Part shown: piece after piece, positions 47,268-56,062 of the stretch
How positions within the stretch are numbered: the first letter of the stretch is position 1
How the letters are laid out: each line of letters begins with the position of its first letter
NCBI GenBank assembly: GCA_964562615.1
Contig: CAZLUD010000002.1
Location: forward strand, 153,300-217,299
Source of the DNA: an uncultured Candidatus Saccharibacteria bacterium
GTDB lineage: Bacteria > Patescibacteriota > Minisyncoccia > Phycocordibacterales > UBA12088
Length of the DNA stretch: 64,000 nucleotides
Reading direction: 5' to 3'
Program-made: the position numbers and the translations under genes
Notes under the pieces: model-generated
Databases searched by the model: none
What the model was told of the DNA's origin: nothing
What the model saw: only the letters and a program-made list of their open reading frames with translations

Positions 47268-48665
47268 TTATGATTTTACAGCACTTATTATTGCCTCACG
47301 CAGCTTCTGCGGATTTGCTGAGCCTTTAGATAACTTCATTCCTTGCCCTACCAAAAACTGTAGTGAGCTATCCTTGCCTTTAGTATATTCAACAACTACA
47401 GCAGCATTCACCGCAATCACCTCTTTTGCAATAGCAATAAGTAGCGAATCATCATTTACCTGAAGCAGCCCAAGGCTAGTAGCAATAGCTTTTGCATCAT
47501 TATCTCCTGATTCATTTAATGATTTGAGCAAATCTTTAGCCCCTCTTGAAGATAGCTCGCCAGATTCAAGTAGACCAATAAGGGAACGCATACCAAGGGT
47601 GGTAAGCTGATTTCTACCCCCTAATCCATTTAGATCCGAGGTAAGATAATTGGCTGCCTTAGTAACAAATGAAGTAACTGACTCATTACCACTTATAACC
47701 TCATCAAAAAAGTGACCTAATTCAATCTGATTAGTGAGCGTATCCCGTACATCAGCAGCAATACCATACGAGTCGAGGCGCCTTCTTCTCTCTTCAGGTA
47801 ATTCTGGCATCAACGCTTTAAGTGCCTCAACAGAAAATTCTGGGATTTCTGAGATTACATATTTTGGAATGTCTGGATCTGGAAAATATCGATAGTCGTG
47901 CGCGCTTTCCTTTTTTCTTTGAGAGAATGTTTTTTCACCCATTTCGTCCCACCCTCGTGTCTCCTGAACTATCTCGTCTCCCCGAGATATCGCTTCAATA
48001 TGACGTTTTATTTCGAACTCAATCGCCCTCTCTACTGACTTAAATGAATTGAGATTTTTTACTTCTACCTTGGTGCCAAGTGCGTCGGTTGCACTTACTG
48101 ATATGTTTGCCTCAACTCGCATCTCACCTCTTTCCATATTTGCATCAGAGACACCAAGTGTTCGAAGAAGTAACTGTAGCTCCTTAGCAAAGGCACTTGC
48201 CTCCTCACCACTGTGGAGCACTGGCTCTGTCACCAACTCCATAAGAGGCACTCCTGCTCTGTTAAAATCAACGAGGCTGCCGCTTATACTCTCGTGTGAT
48301 GACTTTGCCGTATCCTCCTCAAGATGGATACGTGTTAGCAAAACGCCTTTTATGCTACCTCCAGATACTAGTGGATGCTTGTACTGGCTTATCTGGTAGC
48401 CTTTTGGAATATCTGGGTAGAAATAGTTCTTTCTATCAAATTCTGTGTAGTCAGCTAGAGTGCCGCCAACCGCAACACCAACAGTAAGCACCTTTTTAAC
48501 TGCTTCTTTGTTAACCCGAGGAAGTACCCCTGGATGCCCCATACATACTGGGCAAATATTAGTATTTGGCTCTGCTGATGGGTCATTAGCAGAGTTACAA
48601 AACATCTTTGTTTTAGTCTTTAGCTCTACGTGTATTTCAAGACCGATAGTAGGTTTAAATTCCAT
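47268..48665 (-). CDS. gatB: Asp/Glu-tRNA amidotransferase subunit B.
   Basis: MEFKPTIGLEIHVEL...CPVCMGHPGVLP; C-terminal YqeY-like domain. Confidence 0.9.
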   Translation of the reverse strand: MEFKPTIGLEIHVELKTKTKMFCNSANDPSAEPNTNICPVCMGHPGVLPRVNKEAVKKVLTVGVAVGGTLADYTEFDRKNYFYPDIPKGYQISQYKHPLVSGGSIKGVLLTRIHLEEDTAKSSHESISGSLVDFNRAGVPLMELVTEPVLHSGEEASAFAKELQLLLRTLGVSDANMERGEMRVEANISVSATDALGTKVEVKNLNSFKSVERAIEFEIKRHIEAISRGDEIVQETRGWDEMGEKTFSQRKKESAHDYRYFPDPDIPKYVISEIPEFSVEALKALMPELPEERRRRLDSYGIAADVRDTLTNQIELGHFFDEVISGNESVTSFVTKAANYLTSDLNGLGGRNQLTTLGMRSLIGLLESGELSSRGAKDLLKSLNESGDNDAKAIATSLGLLQVNDDSLLIAIAKEVIAVNAAVVVEYTKGKDSSLQFLVGQGMKLSKGSANPQKLREAIISAVKS

Positions 48666-48687
48666 ACCGACACTATAGCAGAGCGCC

Positions 48688-49659
48688 CTATTTGCTCAAA
48701 ATCGTAAGGAGAACTTCACGAAGATGCTTCATGCTAGCATCATCAATCACTGAAACTGGGATCATGTCCTTGCCGGTTTTTGATTTGAATTCTTGTATGA
48801 GTCTTGTTGCCTCCTCAAAAGAAACAGTATCAACCTGAGAAAGTAGTACAAGCTCCTCCTTCTTTAGCAAATCATCGCTAAACGCTCCGAGCTCATCTCG
48901 TATTGATTTATAGCTTAAAACTTGGTTTTCTCGGCTAGCCGAGATAAGATGGACAAGTATTTTTGTTCTGGTTACATGCTTTAAAAACTTGTGACCAAGC
49001 CCCTTACCTTCTGACGCACCCTCTATAAGTCCTGGTATGTCGGCAATGACATACTTGTCCATCACGCCTAGTGATGGCTCGAGTGTAGTAAACGGATAGT
49101 CACCAACTTTAGAGTGAGAATTAGTTAGCGCATTAAGGAGTGATGATTTTCCGGCATTTGGAAACCCTATGAGTCCTATATCAGCAATAAGCTCAAGCTC
49201 TATTAAAAAGGAGCCTTCCTCGCCACCTTCACCAGGCGTGAATTCCATTGGTGTGGTATTGCGAGAGCTTTTAAACTCGGTATTCCCAAGTCCTCCCTTT
49301 CCTCCTTTTAAAAGGAGCTCAATCTGCCCCTCGTTATCAATTCGAATCTGTCTATCGGAGTCTCGTTGTGTGATGATGCTTCCAGTGGGTACCTCTATAT
49401 ATAGGTCTTGTCCATTCTTTCCATGCTCATTATTTTTTCTCCCTGACTCACCGTGGGCTGCAGCAAAATTAGTATCTCCTTTATATCGCGCGAGTATCAT
49501 TCGATCACGTACCCCCTTGAGGTATACGTCACCACCCTTACCACCATTACCTCCTGCAGGGCCACCAAGTGGGACAAACTTCTCTCTACGCCAACGCACC
49601 ACACCGGTGCCACCGTTGCCTGCCTTTGCTTGTATGAGTAATTCGTCTACGAATGCCAT
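48688..49659 (-). CDS. obg: GTPase Obg (short form, lacking the C-terminal domain).
   Basis: FVDELLIQAKAGNGGTGVV (Obg fold); G1 GFPNAGKSS; G3 DIPG. Confidence 0.9.
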   Translation of the reverse strand: MAFVDELLIQAKAGNGGTGVVRWRREKFVPLGGPAGGNGGKGGDVYLKGVRDRMILARYKGDTNFAAAHGESGRKNNEHGKNGQDLYIEVPTGSIITQRDSDRQIRIDNEGQIELLLKGGKGGLGNTEFKSSRNTTPMEFTPGEGGEEGSFLIELELIADIGLIGFPNAGKSSLLNALTNSHSKVGDYPFTTLEPSLGVMDKYVIADIPGLIEGASEGKGLGHKFLKHVTRTKILVHLISASRENQVLSYKSIRDELGAFSDDLLKKEELVLLSQVDTVSFEEATRLIQEFKSKTGKDMIPVSVIDDASMKHLREVLLTILSK

Positions 49660-49711
49660 GTATCACACAGACTACAGTGCATAATGAACTCCTGCAAGTC
49701 ATATAAAAACA

Positions 49712-49741
49712 CTTCTCGATTGAGAAGTGTTTTTATATGAC
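49712..49741 (-). terminator. Intrinsic terminator after the DUF360 gene.
   Basis: aaaaacacttctc-gatt-gagaagtgttttt; the minus strand reads stem + TTTTTATATG. Confidence 0.65.
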
Positions 49742-49756
49742 ATACTCGTATGTGTT

Positions 49757-50095
49757 TTATGGGAGCACCTTGTTCCCTACCCATGTTACCAGCGAGATGA
49801 TGAGCGCGCCCAAGAGCGCCGGAATAAATCCATCAATGTGGAAACCTTCGACAAATGACGCAACAAACCAAAGAAGCAGTGCATTAAGGACAAACGCAAA
49901 CAATCCGAGTGTGAGAATAGTCACTGGTAGAGTGAGTACAAAGAGGATTGGCTTGAGGGTGATGTTGATGAGCCCAAGCAAGAGGGCGACAATGAGCGTA
50001 GTAGTGAGTCCATCCACGGACACACCAGGAACAAGCCGCGCAACAAGGAGGATGCTAAACACTATAAGAAGGTATCGCGTGATGAGGTGAGTCAT
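49757..50095 (-). CDS. DUF360-type 4-TM membrane protein (phage-holin-superfamily-IV-like).
   Basis: ...LLGLINITLKPILFVLTLPVTILTLGLFAFVLNALLLW.... Confidence 0.55.
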   Translation of the reverse strand: MTHLITRYLLIVFSILLVARLVPGVSVDGLTTTLIVALLLGLINITLKPILFVLTLPVTILTLGLFAFVLNALLLWFVASFVEGFHIDGFIPALLGALIISLVTWVGNKVLP

Positions 50096-50104
50096 AGAGT
50101 GAGA

Positions 50105-52606
50105 TTATTTGTTTTCAATAATCCTAAAACCTTGTGCTATTTTTGCTTCTGCCTTTTTATACTTTACCGTCTCGGTAGTCACTCCATCGGTGATAGTGAC
50201 AAGGTCATTTCTACCATACTCCGTGGTACTGTCAGTCACTGGTGAGGTGGTGCCAGTACTTGGCTGTATAGCCTGCACCTTTATCTGCCCTATCGGCATT
50301 GCGCTAGGGGCAAGGGTAGGTAATTTATTTCTGATATCCTCTTCTATATTTTCTTCTAGCTCTTTAAAGAGTCTAAGTCCTTCCTTTCTGTATTCAATAA
50401 GCGGGTCTCGTTGGCCGTACGCTCGTAGGTTAACACTTGAGCGTAGGTACTCCATGCTCTCAAGATGATCCATCCAAAGCGTATCTATAGTGCGCATAAT
50501 CAATCGACGTGCTTGTGTATACATCATCACTGCGCCAAGCTCACTCTTTTTACCCTCTAGTATACGCGTAAGTGCCTCTGTATCACGAGAACACGATATC
50601 AAAAGCTCATCGACTTCAGCGTCGCTTCCGAGTAGCGCAATCATGCGCTTTTTATATATTGCCTGTCGCTGATGATTCATTACATTGTCGTAGGCAAGTA
50701 CATGCTTTCGAGAATCAAAATTGAATCCTTCTATTCTCTTTTGAGCGGTTTCAAGTGACTTAGAAATGCGACCGTGTGTTATCGCTTCATCTTCTGGCAA
50801 TTTATCCATCACCATTCGTATGAGCTCATTGTTACCAAAGACGCGCATAAGATCATCGTCGAGCGAAACAAAGAATTGTGTCTCACCTGGATCCCCTTGC
50901 CTACCCGAGCGACCTCTGAGCTGGTTGTCGATACGACGAGCTTCGTGACGCTCTGTACCAAGCACAAAGAGACCACCAAGCGCCTTAACCTCTTCTCTGC
51001 CTTCTGGGGTTGCTGGTACACCACCTAGTTTTATATCAACACCTCTTCCTGCCATGTTGGTTGCCACGGTGACATTGCCCTTCTTTCCTGCTTGCGCGAT
51101 TATCTCTCCTTCGCGTTCATGGTTTTTAGCATTAAGCACTTCATGAGGTACTCCCTCTTTATGAAGATATGCACTGAGTAGTTCATTCTTTTCTATTGAA
51201 ACCGTACCAATGAGTACTGGCTGTCCAAGGGCATTTACTTCTTTAACCTTTTTAGCTACCGCGCTAAATTTGGCATTTTCGTTTTTATATATAAGATCAT
51301 TCTTGTCTATCCTAGAAATTGTGCGATGGGTCGGTATAACAATTGTCTCCAAGTTATATACCGTTTGAAATTCTTCTGCTGAAGTCTCTGCGGTACCGGT
51401 CATACCTGCGAGCTTTTTATACATTCTGAAATAATTCTGAAATGTTACAGACGCGTAGGTACGACTCTCTCTTTGTACCGGCATACCTTCTTTTGCTTCT
51501 ATTGCTTGGTGAAGTCCCTCACTCCAGCGTCTTCCAGGCTGTAATCTACCGGTAAACTCGTCCACAATGACTATTTGCCCATCTTTGACTACATACTGCT
51601 TATCCTTTGTATACAACGCCTTGGCGCGTATTGCCGTCTCGAGGTGATGTACATATTTGATTCCCTTTTGGGTATAAATGTCAGTTACCCCGAGCATTTT
51701 TTCAGCTTTCTCTATCCCCTTATCAGTTATTGAAATTGATCTTGATTTTTCTTCCTTTTCAAAATCTTCTCCTTCATTCAAGGAGCGAGCTATTTCAGCA
51801 AATGTCTGATAGAGATTCTCAGACTCTGCTGCGGGACTTGAAATGATAAGCGGTGTTCTTGCCTCGTCTATTAATATAGAGTCTATTTCGTCGACAATGG
51901 CATAGTGATGTCCACGCTGTCGGAGTGCCTGTGGTTCATACTCAATATTATCTCGTAGGTAGTCAAAGCCGTACTCATTATTAGTGCCGTAGGTAATGTC
52001 GGCATGATAGGCGTCCTTTTTTGATGCGGGTCGTAGATATTCATGCACCACCTTAAAAGAACCAAGCGCATCTCGTACCTCATCTTCATTTGATTCTTCA
52101 GGCTTAGCGGTCGCGTCATACAAATATGCCCCATCACCGTTGATGATACCGACGCGTAGTCCTAAAAAGGAGTATATTTGCCCCATCCATACCGCGTCGC
52201 GACGAGCAAGGTAATCATTAACAGTGATGACGTGAACGCCATCACCAACAAGCGCATTAAGGTACACAGGGAGTGTAGCTACCAAGGTCTTTCCTTCTCC
52301 TGTTTTCATTTCTGCAATGTTTCCTTCATGAAGGGCAATACCTCCCATGAGCTGGACATCATAGTGTCGCTCGCCACTTAGGCGTCTTGATACTTCTCTT
52401 ACTACCGCAAACGCCTCTGGGAGGAGCATGGCGGTAGTCTCACCTTTTGCAAGGCGTGCTTTAAACTCGGTTGTTTTTTGACGAAGCTCGTCATCACTAA
52501 GCGCCAGTAGCCCTTGTTCTAGCGCATTGATTTTAGCCACTATTGGCTTATAGCGCTTTATCGCCTTTGTAGAGGGGGTGCCGAATATAGTGTCAAATAT
52601 TTTCAT
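50105..52606 (-). CDS. secA: Preprotein translocase ATPase SecA. Start at MKIFDTIFG.
   Basis: N-terminal LxxxFG; Walker A MKTGEGKT; DEAD-like DEIDSILIDEA; long helical scaffold. Confidence 0.9.
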   Translation of the reverse strand: MKIFDTIFGTPSTKAIKRYKPIVAKINALEQGLLALSDDELRQKTTEFKARLAKGETTAMLLPEAFAVVREVSRRLSGERHYDVQLMGGIALHEGNIAEMKTGEGKTLVATLPVYLNALVGDGVHVITVNDYLARRDAVWMGQIYSFLGLRVGIINGDGAYLYDATAKPEESNEDEVRDALGSFKVVHEYLRPASKKDAYHADITYGTNNEYGFDYLRDNIEYEPQALRQRGHHYAIVDEIDSILIDEARTPLIISSPAAESENLYQTFAEIARSLNEGEDFEKEEKSRSISITDKGIEKAEKMLGVTDIYTQKGIKYVHHLETAIRAKALYTKDKQYVVKDGQIVIVDEFTGRLQPGRRWSEGLHQAIEAKEGMPVQRESRTYASVTFQNYFRMYKKLAGMTGTAETSAEEFQTVYNLETIVIPTHRTISRIDKNDLIYKNENAKFSAVAKKVKEVNALGQPVLIGTVSIEKNELLSAYLHKEGVPHEVLNAKNHEREGEIIAQAGKKGNVTVATNMAGRGVDIKLGGVPATPEGREEVKALGGLFVLGTERHEARRIDNQLRGRSGRQGDPGETQFFVSLDDDLMRVFGNNELIRMVMDKLPEDEAITHGRISKSLETAQKRIEGFNFDSRKHVLAYDNVMNHQRQAIYKKRMIALLGSDAEVDELLISCSRDTEALTRILEGKKSELGAVMMYTQARRLIMRTIDTLWMDHLESMEYLRSSVNLRAYGQRDPLIEYRKEGLRLFKELEENIEEDIRNKLPTLAPSAMPIGQIKVQAIQPSTGTTSPVTDSTTEYGRNDLVTITDGVTTETVKYKKAEAKIAQGFRIIENK

Positions 52607-52684
52607 AGGTAAAACATGTGCATGGTAGCACATTTTTTGCTGATTCGGAACCCAGTCTTAGCGGATTTTGACATTAACCACTCC

Positions 52685-53194
52685 TCAATAGAAGGGGCGT
52701 CTCATTATGATTTCATCAAGGTGCACCTTGTCTGTTACCCTATATAGTGACGTTTCTCCCGTTGGAACAAAACCGTGCGCGGTATAAAAAGCAATAGCGC
52801 GATCATTATTGGCTACTACTGATAACTCAATATCGGCTTGAGCCAGGCGAATTGACTCCTGCATCAACAACGTGCCGATACCCATCCTTAGACGAGTTGG
52901 ATCAACATAAAACTGTGACAATCTCCAGAGCGCATCCTTCTTGCTAAGAACACATACACCACAAACCACCCCATCGCTATCCTCTGCCACAAGCACAACG
53001 CGTAATGATACGTCTTGCGCTTCTATATATTGCACATAGGTGTCTACTTTTTTATCTCTAGCACCAAATGACTCAGTGATAGCTTCTATGCATACACCTA
53101 GTGGAACATACGTGGCACACCACGCTCGAAACAATACATCTACTATTGCTGAGGCATCATCTGGTTTTGCGATTCGTATATGCACCTGCGTCAT
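52685..53194 (-). CDS. GNAT-family N-acetyltransferase.
   Basis: ...RLRMGIGTLLMQESIRLA... (acetyl-CoA-binding motif A-like); size ~170 aa. Confidence 0.55.
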   Translation of the reverse strand: MTQVHIRIAKPDDASAIVDVLFRAWCATYVPLGVCIEAITESFGARDKKVDTYVQYIEAQDVSLRVVLVAEDSDGVVCGVCVLSKKDALWRLSQFYVDPTRLRMGIGTLLMQESIRLAQADIELSVVANNDRAIAFYTAHGFVPTGETSLYRVTDKVHLDEIIMRRPFY

Positions 53195-53240
53195 AGTTAT
53201 ACCCTAGCACAAACAACTACACCGAATGAATACTCCCTAC

Positions 53241-53278
53241 AAAAAAACAAAACCCCTCAAGAGGGGTTTTGTTTTCTC
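53241..53278 (-). terminator. Strong intrinsic terminator immediately downstream of the small K-rich gene (minus strand).
   Basis: The minus strand reads aaaacccctc-tt-gaggggtttt followed by GTTTTTTT. Confidence 0.75.
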
Positions 53279-53291
53279 AAAGAGAGTAGAG

Positions 53292-53408
53292 TTATCGGCG
53301 GCGGCGTGCTGCCTTCTTTGCTACCTTCTTTGTAGCCTTCTTAGCTACTCGCTTCTTTGCTACTTTCTTTGTAGCTTTCTTAGCTACTCGTTTCTTTTTT
53401 GCTGGCAT
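53292..53408 (-). CDS. 38-aa lysine-rich basic protein (histone-H1/Hc1-like, KKAxKK repeats): MPAKKKRVAKKATKKVAKKRVAKKATKKVAKKAARRRR. It is below the 60-aa cutoff of the ORF track.
   Basis: ATG at 53408..53406, TAA at 53294..53292; perfect terminator directly downstream. The 118-aa plus-strand ORF in the track is its antisense shadow. Confidence 0.6.
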   Translation of the reverse strand: MPAKKKRVAKKATKKVAKKRVAKKATKKVAKKAARRRR

Positions 53409-53614
53409 GATTTTTTTTATGCAAATTTACCAATTAAAGGCGAACGATATCCGACCAGTAACACATCATGTTACATAGTATCGCTGCTCGTTATAATTAT
53501 CATGCACAACAATGTAAGTAACAATAATATTTACTCAATTTATGTGGATAACTTTTTTAACAAATTTTTTATGTGTAGATGACATCATAAAAAATTTTGC
53601 ATACATGTGTCGCG

Positions 53615-54643
53615 TTAAAATTTTTTCTTGTGTGTTGTGGTGATGATAGTTACCTCTGGTACAACATTGATAGCAGTTGCAGCAAAAACTTTTTTGATAA
53701 CTTCATCAGCTAGTGCGAGTATCTCTTGTGTTGTTGCGCCACGCGTAGCAACCATCACTAATGGTTGTCGTTCATACAATGATGCGTGTCCGTGTGTGTA
53801 TCCCTTGAGATGTAGGACGTTATCCAATATCCACGCAAGTGGCACCTTTACCAAATCCCCTTCTATATAGCCAGGAATTAGAGGGTACCGCTCTTTAAGG
53901 CGTGCGTATGCTGCGTGGGTAATATGTGGGTTTTTAAAAAATGACCCCGCAGTACCATGGGTATCAAGTGAAGGAAACTTTTGGTTACGTATCGCTAACA
54001 CCACATCGCGCACCTCATGTACTGAAGATTCGGCAGTAAGTGTACTCTGCGCAAGGTCTTTGTATGAGAGTTGTGGTTGCCCTTTTGTAGTGAGTGCAAA
54101 GGTAACCTGAGTAATGATGAGATGTTCATTATCTTGAAACATGCTGTGACGATAGGCAAAGTCAGCATCATGTATGGTTACGGTACGTACATCATGTAGT
54201 GTGGTATCAAGCACTTGTGCAGATACAAATACATCTTTTACTTCAGCACCATATGCACCAATGTTTTGCACCAGTGATGCGCCAACGTATCCCGGTATAC
54301 CAGAAAGATTTTCTAATCCCCACAAATTGTTTTTAACCGCATACGCAACTATGTCATCCCATGACTCTCCGGCGCCAACGCATAAAGTCGAAACGTCTCT
54401 TTCACCACTGGTGAGCTGTATACCTTTTATATGTATATGTATAACTAATCCATCAAATCCATTGTCATCAAACAACACATTGGAACCACCAGAAAGAACA
54501 ATCCATGGCAACTTATTTGTGTTTGCAAATGCAATTGCTTCTTTGAGTATATCTACGCTGGTAGCAGAAATAAAAAAGCGGGCGTTGCCGCCAGTCTTAA
54601 ATGTAGAGTACTCTCTAAGTGGTATATATTCTCTGAGTTCCAT
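53615..54643 (-). CDS. murB: UDP-N-acetylenolpyruvoylglucosamine reductase.
   Basis: FAD-binding N-terminal domain (..STFKTGGNARFF..LSGGSNVLF) and MurB C-terminal domain. Confidence 0.85.
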   Translation of the reverse strand: MELREYIPLREYSTFKTGGNARFFISATSVDILKEAIAFANTNKLPWIVLSGGSNVLFDDNGFDGLVIHIHIKGIQLTSGERDVSTLCVGAGESWDDIVAYAVKNNLWGLENLSGIPGYVGASLVQNIGAYGAEVKDVFVSAQVLDTTLHDVRTVTIHDADFAYRHSMFQDNEHLIITQVTFALTTKGQPQLSYKDLAQSTLTAESSVHEVRDVVLAIRNQKFPSLDTHGTAGSFFKNPHITHAAYARLKERYPLIPGYIEGDLVKVPLAWILDNVLHLKGYTHGHASLYERQPLVMVATRGATTQEILALADEVIKKVFAATAINVVPEVTIITTTHKKKF

Positions 54644-54834
54644 AGTTCCGAAAAGATATGGGGAGCGGGAGCGAGCTCCAAGTGAAAATCTATGTGAGTG
54701 CCACCGCCCCCCGTACCTGTTAAGAACCTATCTATAGTAACGAATATGAGTAAAGTTGCAACCAAGCACCAGCATACCATCCTTTAATACAGCAAGATGC
54801 CAGAAGTAGTACGAATACTACTTCTGGCCTTAGT

Positions 54835-55071
54835 TCAAATGCCCCATGTTTCCTTTACTCTTTTCGCTTGATCATTGCAGACACCTAACAGATTAAATAT
54901 TGTTCGCCAACATTGCACGTAATACTGAATAATATATAAAGCGCTAGGTTCAATATATACCGGAGGAGTATTTGGAGGAATATTTGATATCCCACCTGCA
55001 GCCCTATTTTCATTTGCTGCAGGCGTGGCCATACCTGAACAAGTAATACTAGATGCTGTTAGTAAACTCAT
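54835..55071 (-). CDS. 78-aa hypothetical small protein with a canonical RBS. The N-terminal region ends in ..NENRAAGG, a possible leader-like double glycine.
   Basis: ttAGGAGGtttccgATG; two Cys in the C-terminal 50 aa. Confidence 0.45.
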   Translation of the reverse strand: MSLLTASSITCSGMATPAANENRAAGGISNIPPNTPPVYIEPSALYIIQYYVQCWRTIFNLLGVCNDQAKRVKETWGI

Positions 55072-55198
55072 CGGAAACCTCCTAACCTGGGGTTACGCTA
55101 CCTAAAGTGAACCACTTTTTGAAAAGGACGCAAGTCGACAATTCGCCCTTCTAAATTTCTAAAAATCATGTAGTCTGTGTTGGGTCAAATACCTGGAG

Positions 55199-55609
55199 GT
55201 GGTGATGGGTAAACAAATTGCCCGTGTGCTCTTTGAAAAACTTGTGTTAGTGAACAGCATACTCAAAAGAGAAATTATTGCTGCTAACAAAAAGGATATT
55301 AAAACAATAGTATCCAGTCTTGGAAGCAAGATAGACAGTGCCAAAGCACTAGATGATGCCTGGCGTAACTGGCTCACAATGTGTTGTGATACTCCAGAAA
55401 TTTGCGCGGCAATTAGTATGGTAATACGAATAAGAATATTCGAGCAGCTTGTAGAGTTACATCAAAACTTTAGATCGAATTATGATGCGTTGCAACAACT
55501 GTATGATGAAGGTTGCACAAGTAAAGCAGTGCGTGAATCTCTATTTTTAGTAACACCACCTCCAATAGAAGAAGCCGAGGTGATACATGTTAAGTTCGGA
55601 AAGCGTTAA
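55199..55609 (+). CDS. Hypothetical protein (~135 aa), divergent from the 78-aa gene.
   Basis: GGAGGTGgtgATGggt RBS/start; no known domain. Confidence 0.4.
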   Translation: MVMGKQIARVLFEKLVLVNSILKREIIAANKKDIKTIVSSLGSKIDSAKALDDAWRNWLTMCCDTPEICAAISMVIRIRIFEQLVELHQNFRSNYDALQQLYDEGCTSKAVRESLFLVTPPPIEEAEVIHVKFGKR

Positions 55610-56058
55610 TTCGCTTTCCGAACTCTTCCTTTTATAAGCGCATACACATAGATAATTGCTGAGTATATTGCAAGCGCATATGAGGCAATTCTTGTTCGAT
55701 GAGTTATTTCAACAGTTGCTCCAAAGGCAACATCATAATTTGGGAAGAAGTATATAAACAATATAGTTACAAGAAGTCCTATCAAAAATAGATTTCTAAA
55801 AATTCTAAATTGTCTTGAATTGAAAAAGAGTGATAGTAAAAAAGTAATGAACAGTACTAATCCTAAATTGAGTATGATTGTACGGTCTCCACTCAAAAAA
55901 CTTAATTCACACCAATAAACAGAGCCAAATAACCAATGCGTGTGATTCATTACAGCTTGGCATAACCCAAACGTCCCCGGACTCCATAACACATAGCTTG
56001 TAAATAAAAGCAAAGCCCCTACTACTATGAAAGCTATTTTTTGTATCATGTTTTCCAT
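55606..56058 (-). CDS. Integral membrane protein (4-5 TM), unknown function.
   Basis: Hydrophobic ORF. Confidence 0.4.
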   Translation of the reverse strand: MENMIQKIAFIVVGALLLFTSYVLWSPGTFGLCQAVMNHTHWLFGSVYWCELSFLSGDRTIILNLGLVLFITFLLSLFFNSRQFRIFRNLFLIGLLVTILFIYFFPNYDVAFGATVEITHRTRIASYALAIYSAIIYVYALIKGRVRKAN

Positions 56059-56062
56059 ATTG

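Noticed and set aside
49757-50095. DUF360 holin-superfamily-like gene as a sign of a prophage.
   Set aside because: No capsid, terminase, integrase or lysin genes are nearby. The flanks are obg and secA, and this family is common as a chromosomal membrane protein.
53226-53582. 118-aa plus-strand ORF rich in Cys, Leu, Ser and Tyr (LCYLLCSLLSYSLLCYFLCSFLSY).
   Set aside because: It is the antisense shadow of the lysine-codon repeats of the 38-aa minus-strand basic protein. It is low-complexity, has no RBS, and the strong terminator is oriented for the minus-strand gene.
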